Of a stretch of DNA of 64,000 nucleotides, positions 62,920 through 64,000 are shown one piece after another; position 1 is the stretch's first letter; each line of letters starts with the position of its first letter. The stretch is from assembly GCA_028826165.1 (NCBI GenBank), contig JAPDFW010000077.1, positions 124,001 through 188,000 of the forward strand, in the 5' to 3' direction. A program made the position numbers and the translations under genes. A model generated the notes under the pieces. That model was not told where the DNA came from. It was given only the letters and a program-made list of their open reading frames with translations, and ran no database searches. This stretch comes from Anaeramoeba ignava BMAN. Its lineage: Eukaryota > Protista > Anaeramoebae.

Positions 62920-64000
62920 ATTAAATTTATTCCATTTTTTTTAAATATAAATATTTATTTAATTTAATTAAATATATTCCACTTTTTTTAAATATAAATA
63001 TTTATTTAATTTAATTAAATATATTCTATTTTTTTTAAATATAAATATTAATTAGATTTATTAAATTTATTCCACTTTTTTTAAATATAAATATTTATTA
63101 AATTTATTCCATTTTTTTAAATATAAATATTTATTAAATTTAATTAAATTTATTCCACTTTTTTTAAATATAAATATTTATTAAATTTAATTAAATTTAT
63201 TCCACTTTTTAAATATAAATATTTATTTAATTTATTTAAATTTATTCCATTTTTTTTAAATATAAATATTTATTTAATTTAATTAAATTTATTCCACTTT
63301 TTAAATATAAATATTTATTAAATTTAATTAAATATATTCCATTTTTTTTAAATATAAATATTTATTTAATTTAATTAAATTTATTCCATTTTTTTTAAAT
63401 ATAAATATTTATTTAATTTATTCTAAATTTATTCCATTTTTAAATATAAATATTTATTAAATTTTTTATTTTTAAAATATAAATATTTAATTAATTTTTA
63501 TTCCACTTTTTTTAAATATAAATATTTAATTAATTTAATTAAATTTATTTCATTTTTTTTAAAAATAAATATTTATTAATTTTAATTAAATTTATTTCAT
63601 TTTTTAAATATAAATATTTATTTAATTTAATTAATTTTATTCCATTTTTTTTTAAATATAAATATTTATTAAATTTAATTAAATTTATTCCACTTTTTAA
63701 ATATAAATATTTATTAAATTTATTCCATTTTTTTTTAATATAAATATTTATTTAATTTAATTAAATTTATTCCACTTTTTAAATATAAATATTTAATTTA
63801 ATTTAATTTAAATTTATTTCATTTTTAAATATAAATATTTATTAAATTTAATTAAATATATTCCATTTTTTTTAAATATAAATATTTATTTAATTTTATT
63901 AAATTTATTCCATTTTTTTTAAATATAAATATTTATTTAATTTATTCTAAATTTATTCCATTTTTTTTAAATATAAATATTTATTAAATTTAATTTTATT
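62920..64000. repeat. Minisatellite, about 45-48 bp unit AAATTTATTCCAC/TTTTTTTAAATATAAATATTTATTTAATTTAATT
   Basis: Roughly two dozen degenerate units running off the window end. Confidence 0.9.

Noticed and set aside
62920-64000. CRISPR-like or telomeric array
   Set aside because: No unique spacers, no cas genes, eukaryotic context; unit is long and degenerate, unlike a telomerase repeat.

Overview
Very AT-rich, gene-dense eukaryotic (protist) DNA with canonical GT-AG introns. Many introns are inflated to 0.4-2.2 kb by short-unit satellites. The poly-NQ/NE tracts, expanded RCC1/ankyrin/kelch-BTB families and TCATTTTT initiator-like motifs resemble an anaerobic metamonad such as Anaeramoeba (inference only). 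Genes: ECD/SGT1 (partial), V-ATPase D, two giant CH + PH-like paralogs, an EF-hand protein ending in CaaX, a short Hook-domain dynein adaptor, condensin H, a SCY1-like pseudokinase, a Rab5-group GTPase, CWF18/CCDC12 (9-nt microexon), APC2, a 20-kb cluster of ten repeat-domain/BTB genes, SRP19, a Crypton-type tyrosine recombinase element and 6-phosphogluconate dehydrogenase. Top findings: (1) a two-exon Rdx/SelW-family selenoprotein gene missed by the ORF track, with an in-frame UGA, a non-canonical ExxU-C motif and a well-formed form-2 SECIS in its 3' UTR; (2) a spliced eukaryotic homolog of the tetraether-synthase (Tes/MJ0619-like) radical-SAM family that has lost its CxxxCxxC motif; (3) an RCC1-BTB array with hypervariable blade loops on a near-invariant BTB module, including two CaaX-tailed members. 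Several frameshifts lie in homopolymers and are probably long-read errors. All family assignments come from motif recognition by eye, not database searches.
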